A DNA stretch of 22,695 nt. It comes from Thermoproteaceae archaeon (GTDB lineage Archaea; Thermoproteota; Thermoprotei; Thermoproteales; Thermoproteaceae). The notes under the pieces were generated by a model. That model worked only from the letters and a program-made list of their open reading frames with translations. It did not search any database and had not been told where the DNA came from. The stretch lies in the NCBI GenBank assembly GCA_020833025.1, contig JAJHRB010000021.1:1-22695 (forward strand), written 5' to 3'. Positions 8,024 through 16,261 of this stretch are shown one piece after another. Position numbers and translations under genes: made by a program. The stretch's first letter is position 1. The number at the start of each line of letters is the position of its first letter.

Positions 8024-8049
8024 ATTTTAAATAAACATTTTAAATAAAC
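8024..8049 (-). repeat. 13-bp tandem duplication forming doubled TATA boxes
   Basis: ATTTTAAATAAAC x2 (8024-8036, 8037-8049); reads GTTTATTTAAAAT x2 on the minus strand, upstream of the sRNA. Confidence 0.75.
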
Positions 8050-8161
8050 TAGTAATGTGTCGCTGGCTCCCTCGAGACACGGGGCCTACAGCTGTACGCT
8101 CTATCGTGAGGTATTCTAAAGGCCTTTTTACTTTAACTGAAATGATGCTACTGGCAACTTT

Positions 8162-8181
8162 TATTATCTAATATTATCTAA
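8162..8181. repeat. 10-bp tandem repeat in an AT-rich patch
   Basis: TATTATCTAA x2 (8162-8171, 8172-8181). Confidence 0.7.
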
Positions 8182-8276
8182 AAAAGTAAAGTACCGATTT
8201 TTCTATACCCTACCTTTCTTTAATTGCCGCAATTGCAATCCTTAAATTTCAGATGCCCGGCCTTCGCGCAGCGGCC

Positions 8277-8810
8277 TCAGCCCGTTAGGCTCCACTCGGG
8301 GATTTTGAAGTCTTTGCGTAGTGGGTAGAGAGGCTTGCCTGTCCTCTCGTCTATGCAGCAGTCGGGGTCTAGGAGGAAGCGTTTGCCCATGTGCGGGTTG
8401 CCTTCGAACTGTATGCCGAACATCTCGTGACACTCCCTCTCGTCGTAGTCGGCTGAGGGGAATATGTCGGCTATGGAGGCGATCCTGGGGTTGTCGCGGG
8501 GGATCTCGGCCCTTATGTGGAGGAGCTGGCTTCTAAGCTCTGGGTTTATGTAGGAGGCAAAGATGTAGGTCACCAGAAACTTGCCCTCGGCTACGTAGTC
8601 CACCGCGCTTAGGGAGAGCACGTGGTCGAAGCCCATATCTCTCGCGGCCGTGGCTGCTTCCCTCACCTTATCTGGTGGCACCAGCACGCAGAGGTGCCCC
8701 TCGGGGGTTACGCCGTGGCTCAACACGGCGCCGCCGAGCGCCTGCTTGACCTTCTCAAGTAACGGGTGATCACGCGGTGGCGGGCACTTGGGCGGGGGTT
8801 TTGCAGACAT
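8277..8810 (-). CDS. nuoC: NADH:quinone oxidoreductase (complex I-like) subunit C
   Basis: LSAVDY, PRIASIADIFPSADYDERECHEMFGIQFEG and YPLRKDF. Confidence 0.9.
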   Translation of the reverse strand: MSAKPPPKCPPPRDHPLLEKVKQALGGAVLSHGVTPEGHLCVLVPPDKVREAATAARDMGFDHVLSLSAVDYVAEGKFLVTYIFASYINPELRSQLLHIRAEIPRDNPRIASIADIFPSADYDERECHEMFGIQFEGNPHMGKRFLLDPDCCIDERTGKPLYPLRKDFKIPEWSLTG

Positions 8811-8811
8811 A

Positions 8812-9375
8812 CTACGCCGCGGGGGCTTGCTGTGTCTGCTGAGGCGCAGGCCTCGCAGGCGGCTTGGGCGGCGCTATGTCGACCCTGACAGGCTCTACGT
8901 AAGGGCCTGGCCTTCCCTTGATCTTGTTGTGCAGCATGATGAACGCTCTGATGACGGCCTCCGGCGTCGGCGGGCAGCCTGCGATGTACACTTCGACCGG
9001 CACCACCGTGTCTACCTGCACTACGTGGTAGGAGTTCCAGAATAAGCCTCCCCTGGCCGCGCACGCTCCCATTGCTATGACGTACTTGGGCTCAGGCATC
9101 TGCTCGTATACCTGTCTCAGCGCTCTGGCCATTTTTCTAGTTATGGTTCCCTCGACGAGTATTACATTGCACTGTCTCATTGTGTGGAACGGCAGCACGC
9201 CCCACCTCTCGGCATCGAAGCCGGGCCCCGCGGTGTGGGCGACCTCCACGCCGCAACAGGAGGTGACGAGGTGGACGGGCCACAGGCTCCACCTAATGCC
9301 CCACTTGAAGAGGATCTCAAGCCTTAGAGTCTTCAGAAGAAATCTCCTGATGCGCTCTCTCAGGGACTCTAGCAT
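8812..9375 (-). CDS. nuoB: NADH:quinone oxidoreductase subunit B (4Fe-4S N2)
   Basis: TSCCGVE, GTITRKM, EPKYVIAMGACA and GCPPTPE. Confidence 0.93.
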   Translation of the reverse strand: MLESLRERIRRFLLKTLRLEILFKWGIRWSLWPVHLVTSCCGVEVAHTAGPGFDAERWGVLPFHTMRQCNVILVEGTITRKMARALRQVYEQMPEPKYVIAMGACAARGGLFWNSYHVVQVDTVVPVEVYIAGCPPTPEAVIRAFIMLHNKIKGRPGPYVEPVRVDIAPPKPPARPAPQQTQQAPAA

Positions 9376-9537
9376 GCAGTAGTGTGTGCAATGCTTTTAA
9401 GTATTTTTTAAGCACTGTTAACGCAGCCGAGTATTTTCTAGGCATTGCTAATGCAGCCATGCCCACCACGACGGCGGCTCACAAATTACTCAATGTCGAC
9501 TCCCGGAGCTCGCGAGACCAGGCCGTTGCCGGCCGGC

Positions 9538-10935
9538 TCACGCCCTCACCGCTCTTCTGACCGCTGCGAGCGCAGCCTCCCTTGCAAGCGGCGACAGGGT
9601 GAGCAGCGATAGCAGTACTAGCGCTGCGAGTATGACGGCATTTGGGGCATACGTTGCAACGGTCTCGAGAAGCCCGCCGGTGGCGTAGGGAAGCGTCGGC
9701 ACTGGTGCGATGTAAATTAACGCAAGAGCCGCCGCGGCTGGTACGTACAGCTGCGTCAAGATCTTTAGGTACGCCCGCCCCAATAACCAGAGCCTGAAGG
9801 CCGCAGACGCAGTGCCGGAAACCGCGGATGCAATGACGATTCCGGTAATACCGTATGAGCACGCAAGTATGTATGTTAGTGCGAGAGCCAGGGGCGACAT
9901 CATAAGGTCGAGCGCGAGAGCCCTGGCCGGTCTGTCTCTCAGCGTGAAGATGACCTTCTCCTCAATGCCGCGCAGCACCGTGTCGGCATGCAGCCAGATG
10001 CCCCACACTACTATTGCTATTCCATTTAGGCTCACGGCCCTTAAGAGCTCCTCGTTTCCCAGCTCCGACGGCCTGACCACTGCGAGGTACCACTCCGGGC
10101 TCTTTGCGACTACCGCAGCCGCGACCAGGTGAATGTACATCACGACCACGCCGTCGAGGAGCGCGCGCCGGAGTTTGTCGCCTCCCGCCAGGAGAGATCC
10201 GTACATGAGCGACGCCACGGCGAGAGCGGGATACACCGATTTGCCTATCTGCAGCAGTATGTAGCTATAGGCGAGTAGCGAGCTCCCGCCTGCTGCGAAG
10301 ATAATATATGTCACCGCGCTGCTCGCCGCCGTGGCGGCGACGCTTAAGGTCTGGTAGTGTGCCCCCCTCAGTAACTCTCTAATGACCGCGAGGGCCCGGG
10401 AGAAGTCCGGGCGCTTCGTTCCTGCAAGCGCGGTGGGGAGACTCACGACGGCGCTTACGGCAAGCGCGGCGTGGGCGCTGGGAAATGCCCTGATGATGAG
10501 GGCGCCCGCAAGCTTTGCCGTCTGGCCGACGTAACCCAGCGCAACGGCCTTGCGCTGGTCGTGTACCACCAAGTAGGCACCTGCCGGCCACGCATTGAGG
10601 AGGAGCAGCGCAAGCCCCAGCGCCGCGATGGGGGCGTCAAGCCTTCCGTATGCACTGATGTAGGCGAGGAGTACGGCCCACGCAATGAAGGCTGTTAGCA
10701 TGCCCGCTCCCGCGAGCTCGGCAAAGCGCTCTGGCTCTCTCGCCAGCACTCTTGAGTACCACGCCGTGATGTATCCCAGCAGCGAGAGAGCAACTCCGAG
10801 CCCCGCGTTGAACGCCGTTAGTAGCGCGAGGTCGTCAAGCGGGAGCCTTCTAGTGACGGCGAGCGCATAAATTGCCGAGACCAGGAGCGAGTAAGCGCCT
10901 CCGAGCGCCGCGAGGACTCTAGTCTTGAGGGCCAC
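9538..10935 (-). CDS. Polytopic membrane protein, possibly MOP/Wzx-like flippase family
   Basis: 465 aa with many (12 or more) hydrophobic segments; the N-terminus (..LAVTRRLPLDDLALL..) resembles flippase starts. Function unconfirmed. Confidence 0.55.
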   Translation of the reverse strand: MALKTRVLAALGGAYSLLVSAIYALAVTRRLPLDDLALLTAFNAGLGVALSLLGYITAWYSRVLAREPERFAELAGAGMLTAFIAWAVLLAYISAYGRLDAPIAALGLALLLLNAWPAGAYLVVHDQRKAVALGYVGQTAKLAGALIIRAFPSAHAALAVSAVVSLPTALAGTKRPDFSRALAVIRELLRGAHYQTLSVAATAASSAVTYIIFAAGGSSLLAYSYILLQIGKSVYPALAVASLMYGSLLAGGDKLRRALLDGVVVMYIHLVAAAVVAKSPEWYLAVVRPSELGNEELLRAVSLNGIAIVVWGIWLHADTVLRGIEEKVIFTLRDRPARALALDLMMSPLALALTYILACSYGITGIVIASAVSGTASAAFRLWLLGRAYLKILTQLYVPAAAALALIYIAPVPTLPYATGGLLETVATYAPNAVILAALVLLSLLTLSPLAREAALAAVRRAVRA

Positions 10936-10956
10936 GGGGCAGTGAACTGTAGGGCA

Positions 10957-10965
10957 AAATTAAAA
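10957..10965. promoter_or_regulatory. Bidirectional TATA-like box for the membrane-protein gene and the sRNA/trm5 unit
   Basis: AAATTAAAA lies ~21 nt from GTG 10935 (-) and just upstream of the sRNA (+). Confidence 0.45.
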
Positions 10966-10981
10966 GGGAGGGGGACAGTAG

Positions 10982-11043
10982 GCGCGGTGATGAGTGCAAT
11001 CCCCGTTGAGCTGGCGTGATGCGAGTCTGGAGCGCTGACGCGC
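10982..11043 (+). ncRNA. C/D box methylation-guide sRNA (predicted target tRNA-Trp C34)
   Basis: Terminal stem GCGCG/CGCGC; C GTGATGA (10987-10993); 12-nt guide; D' TTGA (11006-11009); C' GTGATGC (11016-11022); 12-nt guide GAGTCTGGAGCG; D CTGA (11035-11038). Confidence 0.88.
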
Positions 11044-11068
11044 AAAAATTTGTGGCGCGCGCACGCCC

Positions 11069-11899
11069 GTGGCGCTGAGGCAGAAAATGCGTGGCATCGT
11101 GCCCGACGAGCTGCTAGAGAGAGTGCCGACGTCGTTTGAGATCATCGGGTCGAGAGACGGCGCTGTTGCAATAGTGGAAATACCGCCAGAACTCGAGAGG
11201 TACAAATACAGCATAGCGAGGGCCATAGTGGAGCTAAACAAACACGTGAGGGCCGTGCTAAGGAGAGTCGGCGGGCGCACGGGCGAGTACAGACTCTACA
11301 ATTACGAGATGCTAATTGAGGGCCCAACAGAAGTTCTGCACAAAGAGCACGGTTACTACATAAAGGTGGACCCAACCAAGGTTTACTTCTCGTCTAGAGA
11401 CCAGACGGACAGGCTAGACGTTGCGAGAAGGGTAGGCGAGGGCGAGAGGGTGCTCTACCTCTTTGCTGGCGCGGGGCCCTACGCCGTGGCTATATCAAAA
11501 CTCGCCAGGCCGGGACTGATAGTTGCCGTCGAGCTGAATCCCTGGGGCTTTAAGTACATGGTTGAAAACTTCAGAATAAACAGGATGCGGAATGCCGTTG
11601 CAGTTCACGGTGATGTGGCAGTCGTGGCGCCGCTTCTCAGGCGAAAGTTTGATAGAGTGATCATGACACTGCCTCTCGGCGCTCGCAGCTATTTACCGCT
11701 TGCGCTTGAGTGTATAGACAGAGAGGGCGTGGTGCACTTTTACTGCCTCGGGCGCGAGGAGGATCCGTTCAGGGAGGCAGAGACAGCAGTGAGTGAGGCG
11801 TGCCCTAGCTGTGAAATAGTAGGAAAGAGAGTTGTCAGAGATTACGCTCCGCGCGTTTACAAGGTAAGAGTGGATGTATACCTCAAGAGGGAGTCTTGA
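11069..11899 (+). CDS. trm5: Trm5/Met-10+ family SAM-dependent tRNA position-37 methyltransferase
   Basis: SFEIIG, KEHGYYIKVDPTKVYFS, motif I LFAGAGPYA, AVELNP and FDRVIMTLP. Confidence 0.8.
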   Translation: MALRQKMRGIVPDELLERVPTSFEIIGSRDGAVAIVEIPPELERYKYSIARAIVELNKHVRAVLRRVGGRTGEYRLYNYEMLIEGPTEVLHKEHGYYIKVDPTKVYFSSRDQTDRLDVARRVGEGERVLYLFAGAGPYAVAISKLARPGLIVAVELNPWGFKYMVENFRINRMRNAVAVHGDVAVVAPLLRRKFDRVIMTLPLGARSYLPLALECIDREGVVHFYCLGREEDPFREAETAVSEACPSCEIVGKRVVRDYAPRVYKVRVDVYLKRES

Positions 11900-11900
11900 C

Positions 11901-12383
11901 TCAGAAGAATCTCGGGGTCTCTCCCTCGCCGCGCCTCTTACGCGACGGCGGTGTTAATGCCTGCCCCCTCTGCTGGAAGTAGAGCATAAGGACGCTCGGC
12001 ACCTTCCCCTCTCTTGCAAACTTTGTCAACAAGTCCTTATACTCATTTGTATGCTCGATGTCGACCTGTGCAAATTTCACTGCCACCTCGCGCAGCATGC
12101 TCTCGAGCTTTCTAAGCATGTCCTCGGGCATTATGGCAGTGACGGCCGGATTACTAAGCCACGACTCGAAGTCCTTCAACACTCTGGCTATATAGTTCAG
12201 CATTGCCTGGGCGGAGTAGAGGAGCTCCAGGCGGTCTGCTAGTTTCATGGCCTCCCCGTGCGATTCCAGCTCTTTTACCTGCCTCTCCTGCTCTCTAATC
12301 CACTGCTCTAGGCGCTCTATCATCGACTCCAGATATTCCATTATTGTCTCCGTTGTCGGGACCTCACGGGACATGCCTGGCAT
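11901..12383 (-). CDS. Conserved crenarchaeal helical protein, DUF2153-like
   Basis: LEQWIREQ...ADRLELL...FESWLSNP...DIEHT pattern recalled for DUF2153. Confidence 0.7.
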   Translation of the reverse strand: MPGMSREVPTTETIMEYLESMIERLEQWIREQERQVKELESHGEAMKLADRLELLYSAQAMLNYIARVLKDFESWLSNPAVTAIMPEDMLRKLESMLREVAVKFAQVDIEHTNEYKDLLTKFAREGKVPSVLMLYFQQRGQALTPPSRKRRGEGETPRFF

Positions 12384-12392
12384 TGCGCGCCT

Positions 12393-14021
12393 CTATAAAA
12401 ACGTTGTTATAGCAGCGATCAGTACTGCGGGCAGAAGCAATACCATCGCTAGCGTCACGAGCGTTACTCTCTTGTACGCAAGTGCAGCGCGCTGGAGTTT
12501 TGCAAATCCGTCCGCGCCGAGAACTTCTGTCTCGACTTCAACACGCCTGTATGATACATCAAAACTACCCAGCGACCTCTCGGCCGCGCTCACGGCACTC
12601 TCGACGGTCTCTAGGATCTTTTCGTGATCTATGCGCTCGCCCACTACCCTATAGCCGCGCTCGAGCCCGATGCCAGAGGCTCTATGCGTGTCAGTCGTGA
12701 CAACCTCGACGACTTTATAACCGCGCGACCTATACCTGCCGACAATCTTTCTGTAGAGCTCGCTGTTTATGTTATTCCCGTCTATTACAACTAGGAGGCT
12801 CCTGTCGCCGTTGCAGTCTGTCACCACTGCCGAAATGCCCCCCGGCCCTATCTCATGCCCGTGGGGGTCCAGGTGCGCCGCGCTTGCCTTTCCGATGCCG
12901 ATCAGGAAGCTACTGCAAGGCTCCGCGGATCTGAGAATATTAAGGCACTCTGAGAGCGCGCTCACGTCGCTCTCGCGCCACGCAACGGACCCCTCGGGCT
13001 TGTTCTGCGCGTCGACGAGCACGTAATCGCCGGAGTTGACGCTCTTGGCAATCCACGCCGGTATGTCGTCTGACGCGGAGTTCAACCTGCTCACAATTGC
13101 TAAGTACGGCGGCGTCCCGAGGCTCAAGCCGACAACTCTCAGATCCCCGCACGCTACCTCCATAGTGCGAATTCCGCTTGCCTTCATGCCGTTGCGCGCG
13201 CCCTCGGCGGCAATCTTTACTGCATTAACAATTTGCCTAACAGCGTCCCTGGAGACGGGGTCTCGCTCATGGCTCCCAACGCCGTGAATAAACACGAGGG
13301 TGCGGTTCTCCCTCTCGATCTCACTGAGGAGCTCGTCAACAAGCAACCCGCCGCCCACGCCGCCCAGAGGGCCCGGGTGGAAATCGGAGACTACAATCAC
13401 GTGCCTCTCGCCGATTTTGTAAACGTGCACTGGAACTCTCTCCCTGACGGCAAGTCTCTTAAGAGCGCGCTCTATCAGGTCTCCGCGCTTTTCCTTCGCT
13501 AAAACGGCGTGGACGTAGCCAGAAAATAGACATGTTACGTCCAGACCGCCGGCAATCCTGCTCGCAACGAATCTCACGGCATACATAACAGGGGCGTGCG
13601 CTGCCGAGATTGCTACCAGCACTACGCTACTTGAGGCAAGATAGATGAGCGCGGCGGCAGCAAGCGGCAGCATGAACGCGGGCCCCCGGCACTTAGTCCA
13701 CTGTATAATTGCGGAGCACAGAAGGGCCCCCGGCAGGGCAAACGTCAGGGGCGCTTTCTTGAAGATTGCATCTAACGCCGCGACGGGGAGCATTGATATT
13801 ACAGTGGCGTAGTAAAGGCCGCGCGGCCTCATGACGTCCCTACACGCTATGAATAGCGATGCGAAGAGCGCTGCCCCAAATATCAGATATGCCAGCGCTG
13901 CCGCCGGGCGCGCAAGCGAGTTGAAAGTAGCGAGCGCGACTAGCAGCGTGCTGTCAATTAACAAAAACTTTCTATTCTGGCTGCCGAATAGAAGCGCATA
14001 GCCCCTCTCAATTTCTCTCAT
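12393..14021 (-). CDS. DUF2070-family membrane protein
   Basis: N-terminal TM segments, then SDFHPGP, HGVGSHERDP, IDGNN and VVTTDTH, with a C-terminal TM helix. Confidence 0.8.
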   Translation of the reverse strand: MREIERGYALLFGSQNRKFLLIDSTLLVALATFNSLARPAAALAYLIFGAALFASLFIACRDVMRPRGLYYATVISMLPVAALDAIFKKAPLTFALPGALLCSAIIQWTKCRGPAFMLPLAAAALIYLASSSVVLVAISAAHAPVMYAVRFVASRIAGGLDVTCLFSGYVHAVLAKEKRGDLIERALKRLAVRERVPVHVYKIGERHVIVVSDFHPGPLGGVGGGLLVDELLSEIERENRTLVFIHGVGSHERDPVSRDAVRQIVNAVKIAAEGARNGMKASGIRTMEVACGDLRVVGLSLGTPPYLAIVSRLNSASDDIPAWIAKSVNSGDYVLVDAQNKPEGSVAWRESDVSALSECLNILRSAEPCSSFLIGIGKASAAHLDPHGHEIGPGGISAVVTDCNGDRSLLVVIDGNNINSELYRKIVGRYRSRGYKVVEVVTTDTHRASGIGLERGYRVVGERIDHEKILETVESAVSAAERSLGSFDVSYRRVEVETEVLGADGFAKLQRAALAYKRVTLVTLAMVLLLPAVLIAAITTFL

Positions 14022-14944
14022 AGCGACTCGACATAGCCCCTAATTATGCTCGAGTGCGACTGCACGGTCCTGCTAAGCCTGAGATAGCGGTTGCCTTGTG
14101 AGTACTTGTAAAGGTACAGCTCCTCGTCGGGCTGGTTTATCACGATATAGCCGATCTCGGACACGTCCCATCTATTACGAATTCTGTTCGCCACCTGTCT
14201 GTGGAAGTCGTGCGAAACATACGGGTGGAGCAGAATTACGTGGTCGAGCCCGTACATTAATAGGCTCTTTGCCGCGGAGAGTCCGAGGTGGTAAGTCCTG
14301 CTCACGTCGGTATAGCTGAAGCCTATTAGCGTGTTATCGGCCGTCTTTAGTAAGATGTCTATTTTGTCTGCGTACTTGTTTACAAGCTGCGGTATGTAAG
14401 GAACTTTCCGGAGCACCTTGCTTATTCTTTTGCCGAGAAACACAGACGCTGATTCAAGAAACCTCGCGAGCACGTCTAGGGGGCCCTCCTCGCCGGCAAG
14501 CCCCCTGGCGCTGATTATATAGTATTTCTTTATCTCGTAATCGCTGTCCGCAACGTCGGGCATCGGCATGTTCTCCAGGATCTCGTCCAAAAGTAGCGTG
14601 CACGGCACGTAGTACGCGGTGTCTATCCTCTCGGCGGCGCCCACGTTGCTCATTTCCTCCATGTGCTTGCATAAAGGCCCGCCGTCCTGCGCGCACTCTA
14701 CAACAATGCTGCCCGATAAGAACATGTAAATGTTCCCTCTGGTATTAGTCTTGTTCAGCTTTATACCGTGCAAGGCAATTAAGTGCTCGGCGCTTAGTCT
14801 CACCAAGATGCTCTTCACCTTGCTAATGGCAAAGTGGTGCTCGCAGTACTTGAACTCCACCAGGTGATCCGCGGCGTCGCACCCGCGCTTATAGCACAAC
14901 AGGCTCACGGCCTCCACACGCAGCTGGTTTAAATCATTAGGCAA
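14018..14944 (-). CDS. Hypothetical protein (308 aa)
   Basis: Long ORF translationally coupled to both neighbours (ATGA overlap at 14018-14021; 8-nt overlap with udg). Confidence 0.8.
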   Translation of the reverse strand: MPNDLNQLRVEAVSLLCYKRGCDAADHLVEFKYCEHHFAISKVKSILVRLSAEHLIALHGIKLNKTNTRGNIYMFLSGSIVVECAQDGGPLCKHMEEMSNVGAAERIDTAYYVPCTLLLDEILENMPMPDVADSDYEIKKYYIISARGLAGEEGPLDVLARFLESASVFLGKRISKVLRKVPYIPQLVNKYADKIDILLKTADNTLIGFSYTDVSRTYHLGLSAAKSLLMYGLDHVILLHPYVSHDFHRQVANRIRNRWDVSEIGYIVINQPDEELYLYKYSQGNRYLRLSRTVQSHSSIIRGYVESL

Positions 14945-15557
14945 TGTGTCGGCGGTTATCGGAGCCGACTAGGTACTCGTCCAGGCCGCCCAGTAAGAAC
15001 GCGGCAAGGTCGCCCTCCAGCGTTTTTCTCAGCGACGGATTTCTCAACGCTGCAGCCGGGTGGTAAGTGGCGCACACCTCAACGCTCACGCCTGCCACCC
15101 TCCCTCGAAAGCACTTGCCCCGCACGTCGCTAATTCTCTCTGCCCTCCTCCCGACAAGTCTTAACAGCGTTCTGCTGCTAGTAAGACCCAGCGCTATTAT
15201 CCTTCGGGGCCTGAGCAGCTCTATCTGGCGCACTAGGTGTACAAGACATGCACTAATCTCGCCCTCCTCCGGCGCTCTATTATTTGGAGGCCTGCACTTC
15301 ACCACGTTAGTTATGTACACATCATCCCGAGAGATTCCAAGTCTCGCGAGCGCCTCGGTTAGCAGCCGGCCCGCAGAGCCGACAAAAGGCCTCCCGCACT
15401 CGTCCTCTGATGCTCCTGGCGCCTCGCCGACGATCATCACGCCGAGCTTGACGCCGCCCTCGCCAGGCACGGCATTTTTCCTGAACTTGTGAAGCTGGCA
15501 GCGCGTGCAGCACGTAATTTCACGCGCCAGCCCCTCCAACGCGTCCATCGGCATCAC
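14937..15557 (-). CDS. udg: Family-4 (4Fe-4S) uracil-DNA glycosylase
   Basis: CTRCQL, GEAPG..ED..GRPFVG, TNVVKCRPPNNR, HPAAALR; PIP-box-like GLDEYL at the C-terminus. Confidence 0.93.
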   Translation of the reverse strand: MMPMDALEGLAREITCCTRCQLHKFRKNAVPGEGGVKLGVMIVGEAPGASEDECGRPFVGSAGRLLTEALARLGISRDDVYITNVVKCRPPNNRAPEEGEISACLVHLVRQIELLRPRRIIALGLTSSRTLLRLVGRRAERISDVRGKCFRGRVAGVSVEVCATYHPAAALRNPSLRKTLEGDLAAFLLGGLDEYLVGSDNRRHIA

Positions 15558-15607
15558 AGTGGGTTTTTATTTCTTGCACATTTAATGCATTACCATAGAG
15601 GTTAGCA

Positions 15608-16261
15608 ATGGTGCTGTGGAGGTTTTTCTCTGCTAGCAAGAAGCTAGCGACTATCAGAGGCAAGCCAGTCTATATAGGGAGCGCGCTGCCAATAGGCGTG
15701 GCCGAGCGCGGGGAGCTCGACGCTAAAAGGGGGAAATTGCTCGAAATAGAGGTGAAGGACGCGAGCGGCGCTGTTTACCGACTGGATACCTCCGACGTCA
15801 AGGTTCGCGTCTTCAGAGACCGCGTGGAACTCGATATAGCTGCCCTCCCCAGATACTTCGAGGTCAAAGTGAGGGAGCTAAATAAAGTAATTGATGAGTT
15901 AAAGAGAGCGAAGGGAGAGCTAGATAAGTCATACCGGAGGCTTGAGGACGCGCTGCTCCGCGGCATCATAAGCCTGGAGGTGTATAACGACAACATTAAG
16001 CGCTTGAGAGAGAGAGAGGACAGACTAAGGAGCGCGTGCGCGGACTTGGAGAGGAGCGTCTTGGCAATGCAGGAACGGCTGCTGCAGCTCAGGGGCGAGC
16101 TGGAGAGGAGGCGCGAGAGGCTAGAGGCCAAGCGCATCCTCAACAGGCTGGAGAGCGAGGAGGAAGAGGAGCTCGGTAAAGTTACCGACACCCTGAGCAG
16201 TATTGACATGCTAGTGCAACTGATGATCGGCACGCTTGTGCAGCTCAAGCTGATTTGCTGA
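15608..16261 (+). CDS. CdvA-like protein (PRC-barrel-like N-terminus plus long coiled coil)
   Basis: Beta-rich N-terminus (IRGKPVY..IGV...KLLEIEV), then LEDALLRGIISLEVYNDNIKRL and heptad coiled coil, resembling the Sulfolobales CdvA layout from memory. Confidence 0.55.
   Translation: MVLWRFFSASKKLATIRGKPVYIGSALPIGVAERGELDAKRGKLLEIEVKDASGAVYRLDTSDVKVRVFRDRVELDIAALPRYFEVKVRELNKVIDELKRAKGELDKSYRRLEDALLRGIISLEVYNDNIKRLREREDRLRSACADLERSVLAMQERLLQLRGELERRRERLEAKRILNRLESEEEEELGKVTDTLSSIDMLVQLMIGTLVQLKLIC

Noticed and set aside
9392-9454. Short dyads upstream of nuoB (TGCTT/AAGCA; GCATT/AATGC)
   Set aside because: Only 5-bp arms, expected by chance in AT-rich promoter DNA.
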